A stretch of 64,000 bases of DNA, from assembly GCA_963827165.1 (NCBI GenBank), contig CAWGZR010000010.1:1-64000 (forward strand), read 5' to 3'. A program made the position numbers and the translations under genes. Within the stretch, counting starts at the first letter, position 1. Every line of letters begins with the position of its first letter. The notes below the pieces were generated by a model. The model worked only from the letters and a program-made list of their open reading frames with translations, did not search any database and was not told where the DNA came from. Origin of the DNA: Candidatus Bathyarchaeota archaeon. GTDB taxonomy: Archaea; Thermoproteota; Bathyarchaeia; Bathyarchaeales; Bathycorpusculaceae. Positions 44,051 through 53,744 of this stretch are shown piece by piece.

Positions 44051-44740
44051 TTAAGCCTTCGTTGCTCGTTCTTGCGTTAGGTATTTTCGCCATTCTACAA
44101 CAGCTTTGAGACCTTCATTATGCTCTCTTTCCAAATAGCTCAAGAACTCGTCACGTTTCTTTCTTAACTCATAATCTTTTTCTATTACTTGCCAAATCTT
44201 CTGCAACACTTTCCATTGTTCGGGCAGACTTTCCTTCACATACTCAATTGGCTGGTCCATAAAAATTAAGCCTAAAACCGCAGAATCAAAAAAATCCAGC
44301 GGACTATTAGTTTCTTTTTGCGGGGTTCTTCCAAACGCAGTTAAGAAATCGATGCTGTATTGAATTATGTAACGTTGCCGCTCAAATCTTAATGCGTTCT
44401 TTAGCAGCAGAAAGATTTCTTCCTCGCATCCTGCAGTAACAAACTTGTCCCATTTCCTAAAAACCAAGAGCATATCCTCATGCGCTTTTGCAACCTCTCT
44501 TATTTCATTGAGGGTTATTTTCTTGCTAAGATACATGATTAAGCCGCTGAAAGTTAATGCGTAATAACGGAGTTCTTTTCCTTTGGGAGCGGTTCGCTCA
44601 AAACGCATAAAGACAAAGCCGTTTTTTACAAGTTGGTTTGTAGCTCTTAGAATGGTTGAGTAGTTTTTTCCAGCTGGCTCGGCCATTTCTTGGATTGTTG
44701 CTTCTTTGTGCAGTGCAAGATACGTTAAGGGTGCAAACAA
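44051..44740 (-). CDS. winged-helix DNA-binding protein
   Basis: ATIQEMA..YSTILRATNQLVKNGFV..RYYALTFSG. Confidence 0.7.
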   Translation of the reverse strand: MFAPLTYLALHKEATIQEMAEPAGKNYSTILRATNQLVKNGFVFMRFERTAPKGKELRYYALTFSGLIMYLSKKITLNEIREVAKAHEDMLLVFRKWDKFVTAGCEEEIFLLLKNALRFERQRYIIQYSIDFLTAFGRTPQKETNSPLDFFDSAVLGLIFMDQPIEYVKESLPEQWKVLQKIWQVIEKDYELRKKRDEFLSYLEREHNEGLKAVVEWRKYLTQERATKA

Positions 44741-44874
44741 AGATTCTGCTTTTTTCTAGACTTTCCATTACTTGAAAATTCATTATGCATTGATTTGCCA
44801 CCATCATGCATAAAAAAGGTTAATATAGAATATAAACGTAATCATGCACAAACACGCACAATGAAGGAACAAAC

Positions 44875-45081
44875 ATGCCTATAATCAGAAGCGTAATAGA
44901 CCTGGGAAACAGCAAAGCCGTTACCATACCAAAATCATGGATCACAAACGCAGAAGAAAAAACAGGAAGAAAAATAATAGCGCTCGCAATGGAAGTCGAC
45001 GGAACCATAACCATACAACCCATTTTTGAGAAAGAAACCAAACAAGAAATAATGAAACCCGCAACACCAAACGCAACTTAA
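44875..45081 (+). CDS. AbrB/MazE-type small regulator
   Basis: RSVIDLGNSKAVTIPKSW. Confidence 0.8.
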   Translation: MPIIRSVIDLGNSKAVTIPKSWITNAEEKTGRKIIALAMEVDGTITIQPIFEKETKQEIMKPATPNAT

Positions 45082-45124
45082 GCAAACTATCGGTCGGAAA
45101 CAAAATGGCTGGACTCACAAATCC

Positions 45125-45370
45125 TTGGCAAAGCAATGGAGGCTTGTAATGAATAAACAGAAGGGATGCTGCTATTGCGGTCAAACCTTTACTCCTAAAA
45201 ACAGTAAGGCACGTTTCTGCAGCACCCGACATAGAGTTGCTCAATTCCGGTGCCAAAGAAAATTTCAGCAAAACCGGGTCATTCGTCTTGAAAGCCAGCC
45301 AACAGCGAAATTTTCAGAGGATATAGAAGAGCTCAACAAATTTCGGGAGTTTCTAAATGGCAGGCGTTAA
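45125..45370 (+). CDS. small zinc-finger protein
   Basis: CCYCGQTF...FCSTRHR. Confidence 0.6.
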   Translation: MAKQWRLVMNKQKGCCYCGQTFTPKNSKARFCSTRHRVAQFRCQRKFQQNRVIRLESQPTAKFSEDIEELNKFREFLNGRR

Positions 45371-45665
45371 CCTTCCTCAGAATCGTTACTTCAGCGCTGC
45401 CAGAAATTGCACTATTTTGCACACAACAGGGACAGCTGCAAATCGTTACATAGAAAATCCTCTAAAACCCGCTGAATTTGAGGTTTTGGGAAACAGTAAT
45501 TTTGATTGGCTACCTGTTTACCAGCTCTCGTTGATACAGCTTGTAAATCGTTACCCATGTTTCGACAAGGCTGTCGAATTTGAGGGGACAACGCTTGAGG
45601 TTCTTGCAAATCGTAACCAGCCTTTGGGGCAGCTAATCCGTTTCAGAAGTAAGGAGGCTTTCTAA
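45357..45665 (+). CDS. hypothetical protein
   Basis: Overlaps the previous ORF in the same operon direction. Confidence 0.4.
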   Translation: MAGVNLPQNRYFSAARNCTILHTTGTAANRYIENPLKPAEFEVLGNSNFDWLPVYQLSLIQLVNRYPCFDKAVEFEGTTLEVLANRNQPLGQLIRFRSKEAF

Positions 45666-46023
45666 GTTGGTTGAGGCTTTGGAAGGAAAAGCGTTCCTGG
45701 CAAATCGTAATCGTTATGCTGCAATATCCCCGAAAAAGGCTCAGTTGTACCGCGCGAGGGATATTTGGGTATACGACTGGTAATTTGTGTAACGATTCTT
45801 AATTGTTATAGAGTTGACTTATCCCGACAGGGCGCAAAAATTGGGCTTCATGAAAATGCAAATTGTCACCTGGAGGTTTCATAACTCGATGATGGAGGCT
45901 CAAAGAAAGACATCAACCTCAAAGGGCAAATTTGGCGATGCCCAGTTGTAGAAACGAGCTTCTAATTTCTGATTCTAAGGCGCTCACAAACGACCCCAAC
46001 TAAACGGTACTGAATTCAAAGAA

Positions 46024-46362
46024 GTGATTTTTGTTCGGTATCTTGATCATGTTTTATACAATCGTGCTTCTGCTTTGGTTATGAAGCCTCAAGTTAGGAA
46101 GGCTATTGGCTGGTTGATCTATGAATGCGAGCAATACATTACGCTCACTTGGGACTCCGATGATGAACCGCCTACTCTGCATGGTGGCGATCCGAAAGCA
46201 TCCGGTCTAGTATTGCTTAAATCGGATATTCTTGAGCTAAAGAAGGTACCATTACAAAAAATTTCAGAGTGGCAATTAAATTCTCCAGAGGCTATAAGAA
46301 AAGGTGAGTATGCGTTCCGACCATCGGAGCGAAAAACTCAACAAAGGAGAAAGACAAAATGA
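46024..46362 (+). CDS. hypothetical protein coupled to the integrase
   Basis: ATGA overlap with the integrase start. Confidence 0.6.
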   Translation: MIFVRYLDHVLYNRASALVMKPQVRKAIGWLIYECEQYITLTWDSDDEPPTLHGGDPKASGLVLLKSDILELKKVPLQKISEWQLNSPEAIRKGEYAFRPSERKTQQRRKTK

Positions 46363-47783
46363 CCGATGCCATAACCGTAGCTCCGCTTATTGTAAGAAAC
46401 AGCCAGCTATCCATAGAAGAACTCAAAAAACTACCCTTCAAAATGACAATACAGGACGACATAATTCTCTTTGAATACAGCAAACGTGGCTTCAAACTAA
46501 GAGAACCGGTAACCGTAAATCTTCCGAAAGTCTTGGCCGCCAGAGAAAAAGGTTTAGTCGAATACATCTTCAATGCTTTTCTCTCAGACAGACCAGGACT
46601 ACTCCCATATGTCTTTGACAACCAAAGCCTCCTCAAAGTCTCAAGACACCTACTACGCCACTGCTCAGGGTCACCAAACACATGCCGCAACTACATTGTC
46701 CAAATCAGAAAATATGCCACATGGCTTGGATACAACCCAGACCTTATCATACAAGATACCAAACCAATCGGCGCCATCCCAGACCCCTTAAGAGTTCAAA
46801 GCCATACAGTATACCTAAACGACTACCTAGCAGTGCTACAAGATGACGGATTAAAACCTGGTCCAGTCAACAACTACATCAAAGCAGTCAAAACATTCTA
46901 CCGAATCAACGGAGTAAAAATCGATTTAACAGAGCCTCTCAGTAGACGAGTAACCTATAAAGACAGAGCACCAAAACCAGAAGAACTAGATAAACTACTG
47001 GAAATGGCCAACCTTCGAGACAGAGTTATTGTAACCTGCTTAGCCTTAGGCGCCTTTAGAGAAGAAACACTCTCCAAACTTCAATACAGACACGTCAAAG
47101 AAGACTTAGAAAACAACATAATCCCTATACACGTACACATCGAAGCAGATATTACCAAAGGAAAATACCACGATTACGACACCTTTCTTGGCACTGAAGC
47201 AGCACTTTATGTGAAACTGTACCTGCAAAATAGACGCAAGGGAACCTCAAAAGTACCGCCTGAAAACCTAACAGACGAATCACCCCTAATCCGCGATGCA
47301 ACCAAGAGCAACATCAGAGAAATAACCTCAAAACAAATCCGCCTACGAGTCCACAACCTCTACCTCAAAGCAGGCCTAATTAAAGTAAAAAACGGGCGAA
47401 TGTACGACCTAAGAGTACACAGCTTACGCAAATTCTTCAAAACTCAACTCTTAGCATTAGGCGTCCAACCAGACTACGTCGATTACATGATGGGACACAC
47501 AGTCGATACATACCACGACATCCAAAGCATTGGAATAGACAAACTAAGAAACGTCTACGCCTCATCCGGACTATCCATAAGAAAGAAAACCCAAATCAGC
47601 AAAATCGACACCCTCAAAGAAATGATTAGAGCACTAGGCATGAACCCAGAACAAATGCTAACCAAAGATGCCCTATCACAAGGAGCCGCCACCTACAAAA
47701 ACGCCGAAGAACTCCAAAACTACCAACTCCAGATGCTTAGCCAACAGCTACGGCAATTAATACATCAAGAGGCATCGGTATAA
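46359..47783 (+). CDS. int: archaeal tyrosine integrase
   Basis: AFREETL (R), TKGK (K), HSLRKFF (HxxR), MMGH..TY. Confidence 0.92.
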   Translation: MTDAITVAPLIVRNSQLSIEELKKLPFKMTIQDDIILFEYSKRGFKLREPVTVNLPKVLAAREKGLVEYIFNAFLSDRPGLLPYVFDNQSLLKVSRHLLRHCSGSPNTCRNYIVQIRKYATWLGYNPDLIIQDTKPIGAIPDPLRVQSHTVYLNDYLAVLQDDGLKPGPVNNYIKAVKTFYRINGVKIDLTEPLSRRVTYKDRAPKPEELDKLLEMANLRDRVIVTCLALGAFREETLSKLQYRHVKEDLENNIIPIHVHIEADITKGKYHDYDTFLGTEAALYVKLYLQNRRKGTSKVPPENLTDESPLIRDATKSNIREITSKQIRLRVHNLYLKAGLIKVKNGRMYDLRVHSLRKFFKTQLLALGVQPDYVDYMMGHTVDTYHDIQSIGIDKLRNVYASSGLSIRKKTQISKIDTLKEMIRALGMNPEQMLTKDALSQGAATYKNAEELQNYQLQMLSQQLRQLIHQEASV

Positions 47784-47806
47784 ATGTCCACCAGGTACCG
47801 TGATAA

Positions 47807-47820
47807 CCGTCGGACCCGCC
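47807..47820 (+). mobile_element. candidate att site (tRNA 3'-end-like) closing the element
   Basis: CCGTCGGACCCGCC 23 bp after the int stop; near-copy at 63901-63914 after an int remnant. Confidence 0.5.
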
Positions 47821-47915
47821 TCTGTTTGATTAAGCCCATTTATTTTCTTAATGTTACAGAATTCCGCGGTAGTTACAGCCAAGCCCGCGATTCAAGCCCA
47901 TCCTTTGCTTCTATG

Positions 47916-48572
47916 CTAAGCTTCGTAGGTTGTTGGGTCCGGCACGCCTGCTTCTATGAAGGCTTTTTTACGGTTTACACAAGATTCGCATCGCCCGCAA
48001 TGCTTATCATGGTCACGATAACACGACCATGTGGATTCCAGCGGCACACCCAATTCCGAGGCTTTTTTGATAACATCTGATTTACGCATGTCACTGAAGG
48101 GTGCTTGAATGCTGATTTCTTGGCACGTTCCTAGTCTTGCGGCTTTTTCGAATGCTTGATAGAATTCTCTTCGGCAGTCGGGATAGCAAGGTTCGTCTGA
48201 GCCTTGAGCACCATAAAAAACCTTGTCCGCCCCCACGGCGACGGCGTAGGCAACTGCAGCAGAGAGAAAGATGGCGTTTCTGAATGGCACGATTATGGGT
48301 TGTGTGAACTCTGATGTTATAGGAATGTCTGTATTGCAGAGTGCAGTAACGTCCCCAAAGATGTTCTTGAGGTTAGATAGGTCGATTATTTTTGTTGAGA
48401 CATCTAGCGTTTCAGCGATTTTTTGGGCACTTTCGGTTTCTTTAACTGCGATTTGTCCGTACTTGAAAGTTATAGGGTAAAGTTGATAACCCTCTTTTTT
48501 GGCCCAGTACGCCACAGTAGCGGAGTCTGGTCCACCACTGAGAACAACTACACATTTTGTTTTTTGAGTCAT
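47916..48572 (-). CDS. queC: 7-cyano-7-deazaguanine (preQ0) synthase
   Basis: SGGPDS, YGQ, VPFRNAIFLS, YPDCR, TWSCY..HCGRCESC. Confidence 0.95.
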   Translation of the reverse strand: MTQKTKCVVVLSGGPDSATVAYWAKKEGYQLYPITFKYGQIAVKETESAQKIAETLDVSTKIIDLSNLKNIFGDVTALCNTDIPITSEFTQPIIVPFRNAIFLSAAVAYAVAVGADKVFYGAQGSDEPCYPDCRREFYQAFEKAARLGTCQEISIQAPFSDMRKSDVIKKASELGVPLESTWSCYRDHDKHCGRCESCVNRKKAFIEAGVPDPTTYEA

Positions 48573-48618
48573 GTTTCTTCACTTTTCCTAATTTTCAGTT
48601 CAATGTCTTTGTTTGTTC

Positions 48619-49116
48619 TTAAGTTGAGAACCATTTTTGGAAAACCCCTGTTCTTTTTAGAACTTTAAATAGCGGCCACCCGATGAGCACAGTTGCAACA
48701 GAATTTCCAATTGCTATGTATAATATGGTAATAAGCAGCGGCATTTGGTATAGGTAAGATAACATCCATCCAACGGTTGCGCCTAAAACAGCGGAATAAG
48801 CGAGGCAGGTTCCAATTACAGTATAATCATTTTTTGTTCTTTTGTAAACATAGTAGACTACAAAAGACATGACAAATGAAGGTATCGTGTTCAGCAGGTC
48901 AAGCAAACCGTCGGGCGAGAAAATATTACCTATGAAGACTCCAAGCGTGTGGCCCAAAACGCCAGGTAAACCCAACAGGGGAACTGCAGCAACCATTGAG
49001 TCTGCAATGCGAACTTGAATAGGCCCGTAAGATATGCCGCCCAGAACAATAACGAGCGCTGCATAGAGTGCAGCGTATATGGCAATTAGAGCTAAATCTT
49101 TAGTTTTTATCTTTAT
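48619..49116 (-). CDS. queT: QueT (DUF988/COG4708) queuosine-precursor transporter; apparent ATA start
   Basis: Frame extends past the ORF-track start: IKIKTKDLALIAIYAALYAAL..ISYGPIQVRIADS; GGAG 4 nt before ATA, in-frame stop just upstream. Confidence 0.85.
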   Translation of the reverse strand: MKIKTKDLALIAIYAALYAALVIVLGGISYGPIQVRIADSMVAAVPLLGLPGVLGHTLGVFIGNIFSPDGLLDLLNTIPSFVMSFVVYYVYKRTKNDYTVIGTCLAYSAVLGATVGWMLSYLYQMPLLITILYIAIGNSVATVLIGWPLFKVLKRTGVFQKWFST

Positions 49117-49190
49117 GTTTCTCCCTACTCCCGGGTTTTATTTTGGTTGGCGGAACGGGTAGGAGACTCCACTCACCCGCCAATTGCCTC
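49117..49190 (-). ncRNA. candidate cis-regulatory leader RNA (riboswitch-like) of queT-queC
   Basis: UUGGCGG/CCGCCAA stem, loop contains UCUCCUACCCG complementary to the SD region CGGGAGUAGGGAGA, A-rich linker; TATA-like TTTTTA at 49211-49216. Confidence 0.55.
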
Positions 49191-49541
49191 TTTGAATTTA
49201 TAATCTTGCCTAAAAAGCTTTGGGAAAGTGTTTCCATTTTTCGGTAGGCGGGTGTTTTTAGGCGTTGACTCGTCTCATTGATTCTAGAAACTTTGGGTTT
49301 TACTAGATATGCCGTGACTGGTGGATTTTATCGAGCCGAAAATCTTCCAATATTATACAATGACCCGCGACGCGCTAAAAAGTACTTGGGAGCCTGATAA
49401 AGCGCATGCGGAAATAGCGAATTAGCGAAAGAAGGAGAAGGAAAAAGAATTACTTGAGTGGCTCATCGCACACCGGCAATAGTCAAAAATATAGCCTGAT
49501 AGTTAAAAGAGCTCCTGAAAAGACCGGTAGCAGTTCGGGAT

Positions 49542-50450
49542 TTGGAACTAGAAACAAAGTTTAACTATCAACATGCGAAAAAATTAGGTGATAACATCAT
49601 GAAAGACGAAATTTGTAATGTATTGGATGAGGCAAATTTTTTTGAACAACGAGGATATGATAAAACGTCGTCTCAAATAGTCTCATTAGCTAAGGCAGTT
49701 GAAAATGGCCAGGTCACATCGGTCAAAGGCATCTTGGACGCTGTTATCAAAATTGGCGAAAGCTTCAAACTGGAATTTGAAAACGCCAATCCAACCGGCA
49801 AAGACTACCGACGAAAATGCTACCCTCAGGCGCAACTAATCGTTTTTGCGGGCTTAATGGCTGTTGATAGGGAGCAGACGCCTCCGTCAGATTATTTACT
49901 TGAACTATTAAAGAAAATGAACCAGCGAGACGAATACGTAAACTCCTTAAGTAAATCCCTCGCCGAACTTTTCCAGAAAGAAAATCGAACTTCCGAAGAA
50001 AGCCTGAAAATGTTTAGGGAGGCGTGCTCAATCTATGAGCAAGCTATTGACGGAGTTTTCTCCTCTGCTGTGAAAATCCTCTATTTTCTGATGGAGAAAA
50101 TGGGCGTGGAAATGCCAAAATCAAATGAGACCGGCACAGTTTGGGATGCATGGCATAGTTTCGAAAAAGCTAATGTCGAAATGCCCGTCTTCTTAGAAAG
50201 CTGGCCTGAAAAAAGCTCTATTAGAAATGCAATCGCCAATTCTCAAAATGAATACGACCCAATACTGGATAGAGTTCATTTTGTGTCCAAAGACAATGCA
50301 GGAAAGATTACTTATGAGTCACCTGATAGTATGACTTTTTCCGATTTTTTTGCAATTTGGATGCAAATAGGCGATGCCGTAGATTCTTTAAGATATTCGA
50401 TGCGTCTTTATGGAATCTTCCAGTCTCTTGTGATTGCTTCCAATCCATAG
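49542..50450 (+). CDS. hypothetical helical protein
   Basis: 302-aa open frame. Confidence 0.7.
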   Translation: MELETKFNYQHAKKLGDNIMKDEICNVLDEANFFEQRGYDKTSSQIVSLAKAVENGQVTSVKGILDAVIKIGESFKLEFENANPTGKDYRRKCYPQAQLIVFAGLMAVDREQTPPSDYLLELLKKMNQRDEYVNSLSKSLAELFQKENRTSEESLKMFREACSIYEQAIDGVFSSAVKILYFLMEKMGVEMPKSNETGTVWDAWHSFEKANVEMPVFLESWPEKSSIRNAIANSQNEYDPILDRVHFVSKDNAGKITYESPDSMTFSDFFAIWMQIGDAVDSLRYSMRLYGIFQSLVIASNP

Positions 50451-50541
50451 TTTCAAAGCATATTTGATAGGATGCTAGTTTGGCTTGTCGAGGGAAAAAT
50501 ACAAAAACTCATGCTTTCACATTAGACTTCGGTGATTTGGT

Positions 50542-51075
50542 TTGGCGCTTGATTGTTTCTTACCTGGAAAATCAATTTGGATAGATGCAGCGGGGTGGAG
50601 CGACCTTTTGTTAGGAGTAGTTGTCGGCGCACTTAAGCCTCCGGACCAAATGGTTATGGAACGTCGAATCCCAATTACCTCATTTCAGCCCCCCAACTTT
50701 AAGAACAAGAAATACTTAGCTGACGCCATAAAAATTGCAGATGAGATTGTTGCGGTCATGCAACCTGACAGCGAGACTTGCTTTAAGATTTGCTCAGAAT
50801 ATGTGCTTTCAGGCGTGATTGTACATTTGGAAAATTCAGGATTCAAAGTCCAAAAAGTCGAGTCGCCACTTACGCTCAAGCAGATGGTTGAAGCAGGCTA
50901 CATACGATGGTGCGAGGAAAAAGGCGTCCCCAGAGAAATTCTCCATGAGAAAAGACGGTTCTGGGGATTTCTAAAGTGGGTTGGTGAAGCGCCTCATTTG
51001 AGGGAGAGCCTGGTGAAGACGGGTTGGGCAAGCTGGGAAAACAAGTGGCGCGAAGAAATGCACAAGAAAATTTAG
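50542..51075 (+). CDS. hypothetical protein, possible RNase H-like fold
   Basis: IWIDAAGWSDLLLGVVVG resembles the RNase HII first motif. Confidence 0.55.
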   Translation: MALDCFLPGKSIWIDAAGWSDLLLGVVVGALKPPDQMVMERRIPITSFQPPNFKNKKYLADAIKIADEIVAVMQPDSETCFKICSEYVLSGVIVHLENSGFKVQKVESPLTLKQMVEAGYIRWCEEKGVPREILHEKRRFWGFLKWVGEAPHLRESLVKTGWASWENKWREEMHKKI

Positions 51076-51205
51076 GTCACGCAGTTGTTTGCTAAACAAG
51101 TTTCCCAACGTAATGCATTGAAACGATAAAGTCGGTTGTTTACTTGAGCCTGGCTGGCTTCCCATATGTAAAAACTTTTTTGCTTGTATGAAATTATGGT
51201 AAATT

Positions 51206-51469
51206 ATGACAGAGCAAATTGAAGACGTCATCAAGGTTTCATCTAAGGGTCAAATCGTGATTCCCCGAGAGATTCGCAAGAAGTTGGGAGTTAAGGGCGG
51301 CGAAAAAATTTTAGTCCTTACTCGTGACGGAGATATAGTTCTTAGAAAAGCTAAGGAACTATCCCTTGACGATTTAGGTGAGAGGATTGACAAAGTAGTC
51401 AAGGAAGAATGCATTGACGTTGATAAGCTTGTGTCTGAGGCAGTTGAGTGGGTAAGAAAGTCAAAGTAG
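51206..51469 (+). CDS. vapB: AbrB-type antitoxin
   Basis: VSSKGQIVIPREIRKKLG. Confidence 0.85.
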   Translation: MTEQIEDVIKVSSKGQIVIPREIRKKLGVKGGEKILVLTRDGDIVLRKAKELSLDDLGERIDKVVKEECIDVDKLVSEAVEWVRKSK

Positions 51470-51867
51470 TCTTCGACACGGACATTTGGATTTCAATCTT
51501 TATGGAAAAGAGGATTAGAGACGAGTTTTCGAGAGTGAAGCAAGATCTTGATGTTTACATCAGTGAAGATATTGGGCTTGAAATATCAAAAGTTTTGCAA
51601 TTTCCAAAAGTGTCAGAAATTCTGAAAAAGACCGGCGTACGTGAAAAGGAGGTCTTACGAATTCTCGCGGCTAACTCTAGGAAGGTTGAGCCTAAGCTGA
51701 AGTTGCATGCCGTGAATGGAGATGCTGAAGATAACAGGATATTAGAATGCACTTGGGCAGCTGAGGCAGATATCATCGTTTCGGGAGATAAGCATCTTCT
51801 AAAACTTGACAGGTTCAAAAAGATTAGAATACTACCGCCCAGAGAGTTTTTTGACAGCTTCACTTAA
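51448..51867 (+). CDS. vapC: PIN-domain toxin
   Basis: VVFDTDIWIS..EDNRILEC..IVSGDKHLL. Confidence 0.9.
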   Translation: MGKKVKVVFDTDIWISIFMEKRIRDEFSRVKQDLDVYISEDIGLEISKVLQFPKVSEILKKTGVREKEVLRILAANSRKVEPKLKLHAVNGDAEDNRILECTWAAEADIIVSGDKHLLKLDRFKKIRILPPREFFDSFT

Positions 51868-52073
51868 AACTACCTCCGCTTAGCCGTATCCAACTCTTCG
51901 CTCATTTGCCCACTTCAACGCCATGTACCCGACAAAATCGGCTTCTGCGTTAACGTAAATAGAGAATGACGTTTTTGAGGGCTTCGCAGAGATGAAAGTA
52001 TTGAAGTTAGACAGTCTATGCAGCATCCGGATTAACCATAAGAAAGAAAACACAAACCAACAAACTTGAAGCA

Positions 52074-52139
52074 CTCAAAGACATCATGAGAGCTTGGGAA
52101 TGAACCTAGATCAATTACTAACAAGAGGCGCCATCTCAG
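52074..52139 (+). pseudogene. short remnant of the integrase 3' region
   Basis: CTCAAAGACATCATGAGAGC-TTGGGAATGAACCTAGATCAATTACTAACAAGAGG resembles int LKEMIRALGMNPEQMLTK. Confidence 0.55.
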
Positions 52140-52318
52140 TTTGGAATGACATAATTTATATGACTCATCCAAATTAACACAATAACATGAATTCAAAAGC
52201 GGTTGGAGAATTCAAACAAAAATTACTCGTAATAACTAAGGAGACGTACATTGCGCTCCAAAGGAGAGAAAAACGATAGATAGTTGGTCTTTTGCTGTTA
52301 TTTAAGAGGTGTGAAAAT

Positions 52319-52417
52319 ATGAGTAAAAACAAAATAGCCTATGTTCACTTTATAGTAATTTTACTAGTTGTGATAGTTATCATTTTGATTCTAATTCTAC
52401 TTAAATTGATATTTTAG
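52319..52417 (+). CDS. 32-aa single-TM small protein
   Basis: GAGGTG SD, MSKNKIAYVHFIVILLVVIVIILILILLKLIF. Confidence 0.5.
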   Translation: MSKNKIAYVHFIVILLVVIVIILILILLKLIF

Positions 52418-52592
52418 GCGCTGAATTGATAGCGCGCAAGGAGTAAGAGAGGAAAATGGTGTGGAAAGGGAACTTTCTTGAAGAAATTGAAGGGTTTATG
52501 GGGAATTTCTTCCAAGACTCCTCGTTAACTACTAAAGCCCAATTGCCGCAAAAACTAATGAATATGGTCTAATAGCCATTTTCAACAATGCG

Positions 52593-52931
52593 TTATACAT
52601 TCAAGCTGTGAATTTTACTAAGTAGCGACCTGCAATCTTCTAGCCCCTTCTCAGTTATCTCCACAACCTGATGCGTGCCACCCCATCCTCTGACAGAGTT
52701 GATTCTAATTAGGCCAGAAGATTCCATCTTTGCCAAGTGATTCTCCAAACTGCCCTTTCCCAACCCTACGAAAGAACGCAACTCCACAGAAGTCAACTTC
52801 TTGTTCATGGCAAGCAGAATCAAAATCAATATTCGGGTCGATGACTTGAACGTAGGGTCATTTAGCTGCTCGTTCAATGATTTAATTGTGTCCGTGGGGG
52901 GAATTTTGGAGTTGGGTTGTTCGTCAGTTAC
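52593..52931 (-). CDS. ArsR/MarR-like wHTH regulator (start approximate)
   Basis: TRILILILL..LGKGSLENHLAKMESSGLI..ITEKG. Confidence 0.8.
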   Translation of the reverse strand, partial: VTDEQPNSKIPPTDTIKSLNEQLNDPTFKSSTRILILILLAMNKKLTSVELRSFVGLGKGSLENHLAKMESSGLIRINSVRGWGGTHQVVEITEKGLEDCRSLLSKIHSLNV

Positions 52932-53683
52932 CAATTTGGAGGATCCTCCAGAGAGTTGGGAGGTTTCCGCCTGCGTGCATGTGCAGAAGCTAAGATAAGA
53001 ACGAGCAAAAAGACTACCCAAAGAATCAGGTAAAAGCCCGCATTGGCTTTCAGGAGCGAAACAACAAAACCCCCTAACGTGTAAATAATTAATGCTGACA
53101 CAACGACTATGCTTTCTTTTGGTAGCCGCTCAGGGAATGAACCTTTAAGCACAAAGAACAAAGGAAACACTGTTGTGGCCAAAAGTCCGAATCTAAAAAC
53201 CAAAAATTCGTGGCGGAGCAAGAAAATTGCGGCAAGAATCGGCAAATAGTAGGCCGTCCAAACCAATGCGATCCAAGAAGGCCTCAGCACTTTTGTCCAT
53301 ATTGAATCCCCAATTTCTCTGCGTACAAGCATGGAGTTATAAGCCTTCTTGAAAATCCAAGCAACCATGGCAGCTCCCAGAATACTCACTGCAGTGTTAA
53401 CCACGATCGCAACAACAAGAAAATAGTCAGCTGAAAGCCCAAGGATTAGGAGAATCAAGGGCAGAAAAGGTATGAGGACAATTTCAGCGGCGACTGCAGC
53501 GTAACAGAGCCCCCAGGCTCTCTCTAGTATGTACCGTTCTATAACTAGAGCTTTTTCTGCGACCCGCTTAATTTGCTCCGGTGAAACGTCCTCGACCACA
53601 TTTAAACGCCTTTTTCTATATCTGATTGCTACGACTCTTTTGACTTTTATCTTAGAAGTACAAATTTTGTACCTATGAAACAT
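52928..53683 (-). CDS. polytopic membrane protein (true start probably about 53600)
   Basis: About 6 hydrophobic helices. Confidence 0.75.
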   Translation of the reverse strand: MFHRYKICTSKIKVKRVVAIRYRKRRLNVVEDVSPEQIKRVAEKALVIERYILERAWGLCYAAVAAEIVLIPFLPLILLILGLSADYFLVVAIVVNTAVSILGAAMVAWIFKKAYNSMLVRREIGDSIWTKVLRPSWIALVWTAYYLPILAAIFLLRHEFLVFRFGLLATTVFPLFFVLKGSFPERLPKESIVVVSALIIYTLGGFVVSLLKANAGFYLILWVVFLLVLILASAHARRRKPPNSLEDPPNW

Positions 53684-53744
53684 TATTTATGCAACATTGA
53701 CATATAATGGCAGCAATCGGCGTTTAATACAAGGAGTAATTGCA

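Noticed and set aside
47800-47830. Intact tRNA gene after the integrase
   Set aside because: Only about 14 bp resembling a 3' end; no T-loop, anticodon or D arm
32361-48572. Functional link between the plasmid QueC-like gene and archaeal queC/queT (dpd-type DNA modification)
   Set aside because: They lie on opposite sides of the chimeric junction, and no dpdA/TGT gene is visible
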